In this document: positions 63,738 to 64,000 of the stretch, piece by piece
Layout: the number at the start of each line of letters is the position of its first letter
Numbering within the stretch: the stretch's first letter is position 1
NCBI RefSeq assembly: GCF_021869535.1
Contig: NW_026262668.1
Coordinates: 132,618,001-132,682,000, forward strand
Direction: 5' to 3'
DNA: 64,000 nt
From: Mytilus californianus
Taxonomy: Eukaryota
Position numbers and translations under genes: made by a program
The notes under the pieces: generated by a model
The model's input: only the letters and a program-made list of their open reading frames with translations
Database searches by the model: none
What the model was told of the DNA's origin: nothing

Positions 63738-64000
63738 GTGAGGGAAATAATATTGTAATCACAGTAATATTCACTTCATTTGTGATGTCACTTTGATGTC
63801 ATTAACTTGTCAAAATTGAACCGTGACCAAGAAGAGATTGTTCTCACAGGATTGAAGATAAATTGCTGAAAATATATTTTTTATTAAGATGTTACTCATA
63901 TTTCAATATTAATGAGAAGGTCTCAAATAAGCTATTGGCAGTTTTTGCAATTTTACTGTAAATGGATTTATTTGTCAAATAGGGATTATCATTCTTTGAG

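Overview
AT-rich, repeat-dense eukaryotic DNA. The repeat families look like those of a bivalve mollusc, probably Mytilus (inference from recalled consensus sequences, not a database search). Host genes: two tandem, same-strand SLC16/monocarboxylate-transporter-family paralogs. Copy 1 is complete (4 coding exons, 40747-43901, 473 aa); copy 2 has its first 2 coding exons (60525-63737) and runs off the window. The rest is nested mobile DNA: LINE fragments, Helentron-type non-autonomous elements with internal tandem cores, Kolobok-, Harbinger-, MULE- and Tc1/mariner-like non-autonomous elements, SINE-like repeats, minisatellites and two hammerhead-ribozyme-like motifs. Most unusual observations: (1) in both paralogs the 3' splice site of coding exon 2 has been amplified into a 41-bp minisatellite (7 extra units in copy 1, 23 in copy 2); most units keep a CAG acceptor whose use leads to an early in-frame TGA; (2) three different CAC-terminated TIR elements each have a perfect 5-bp target duplication (Transib/RAG-type hallmark), one ending in the exact RSS heptamer CACAGTG; (3) a 127-bp hairpin MITE sits in a putative leader exon of copy 2, with the empty site visible in copy 1; (4) the transporter lacks the TM8 Asp/Arg pair of proton-coupled MCTs.
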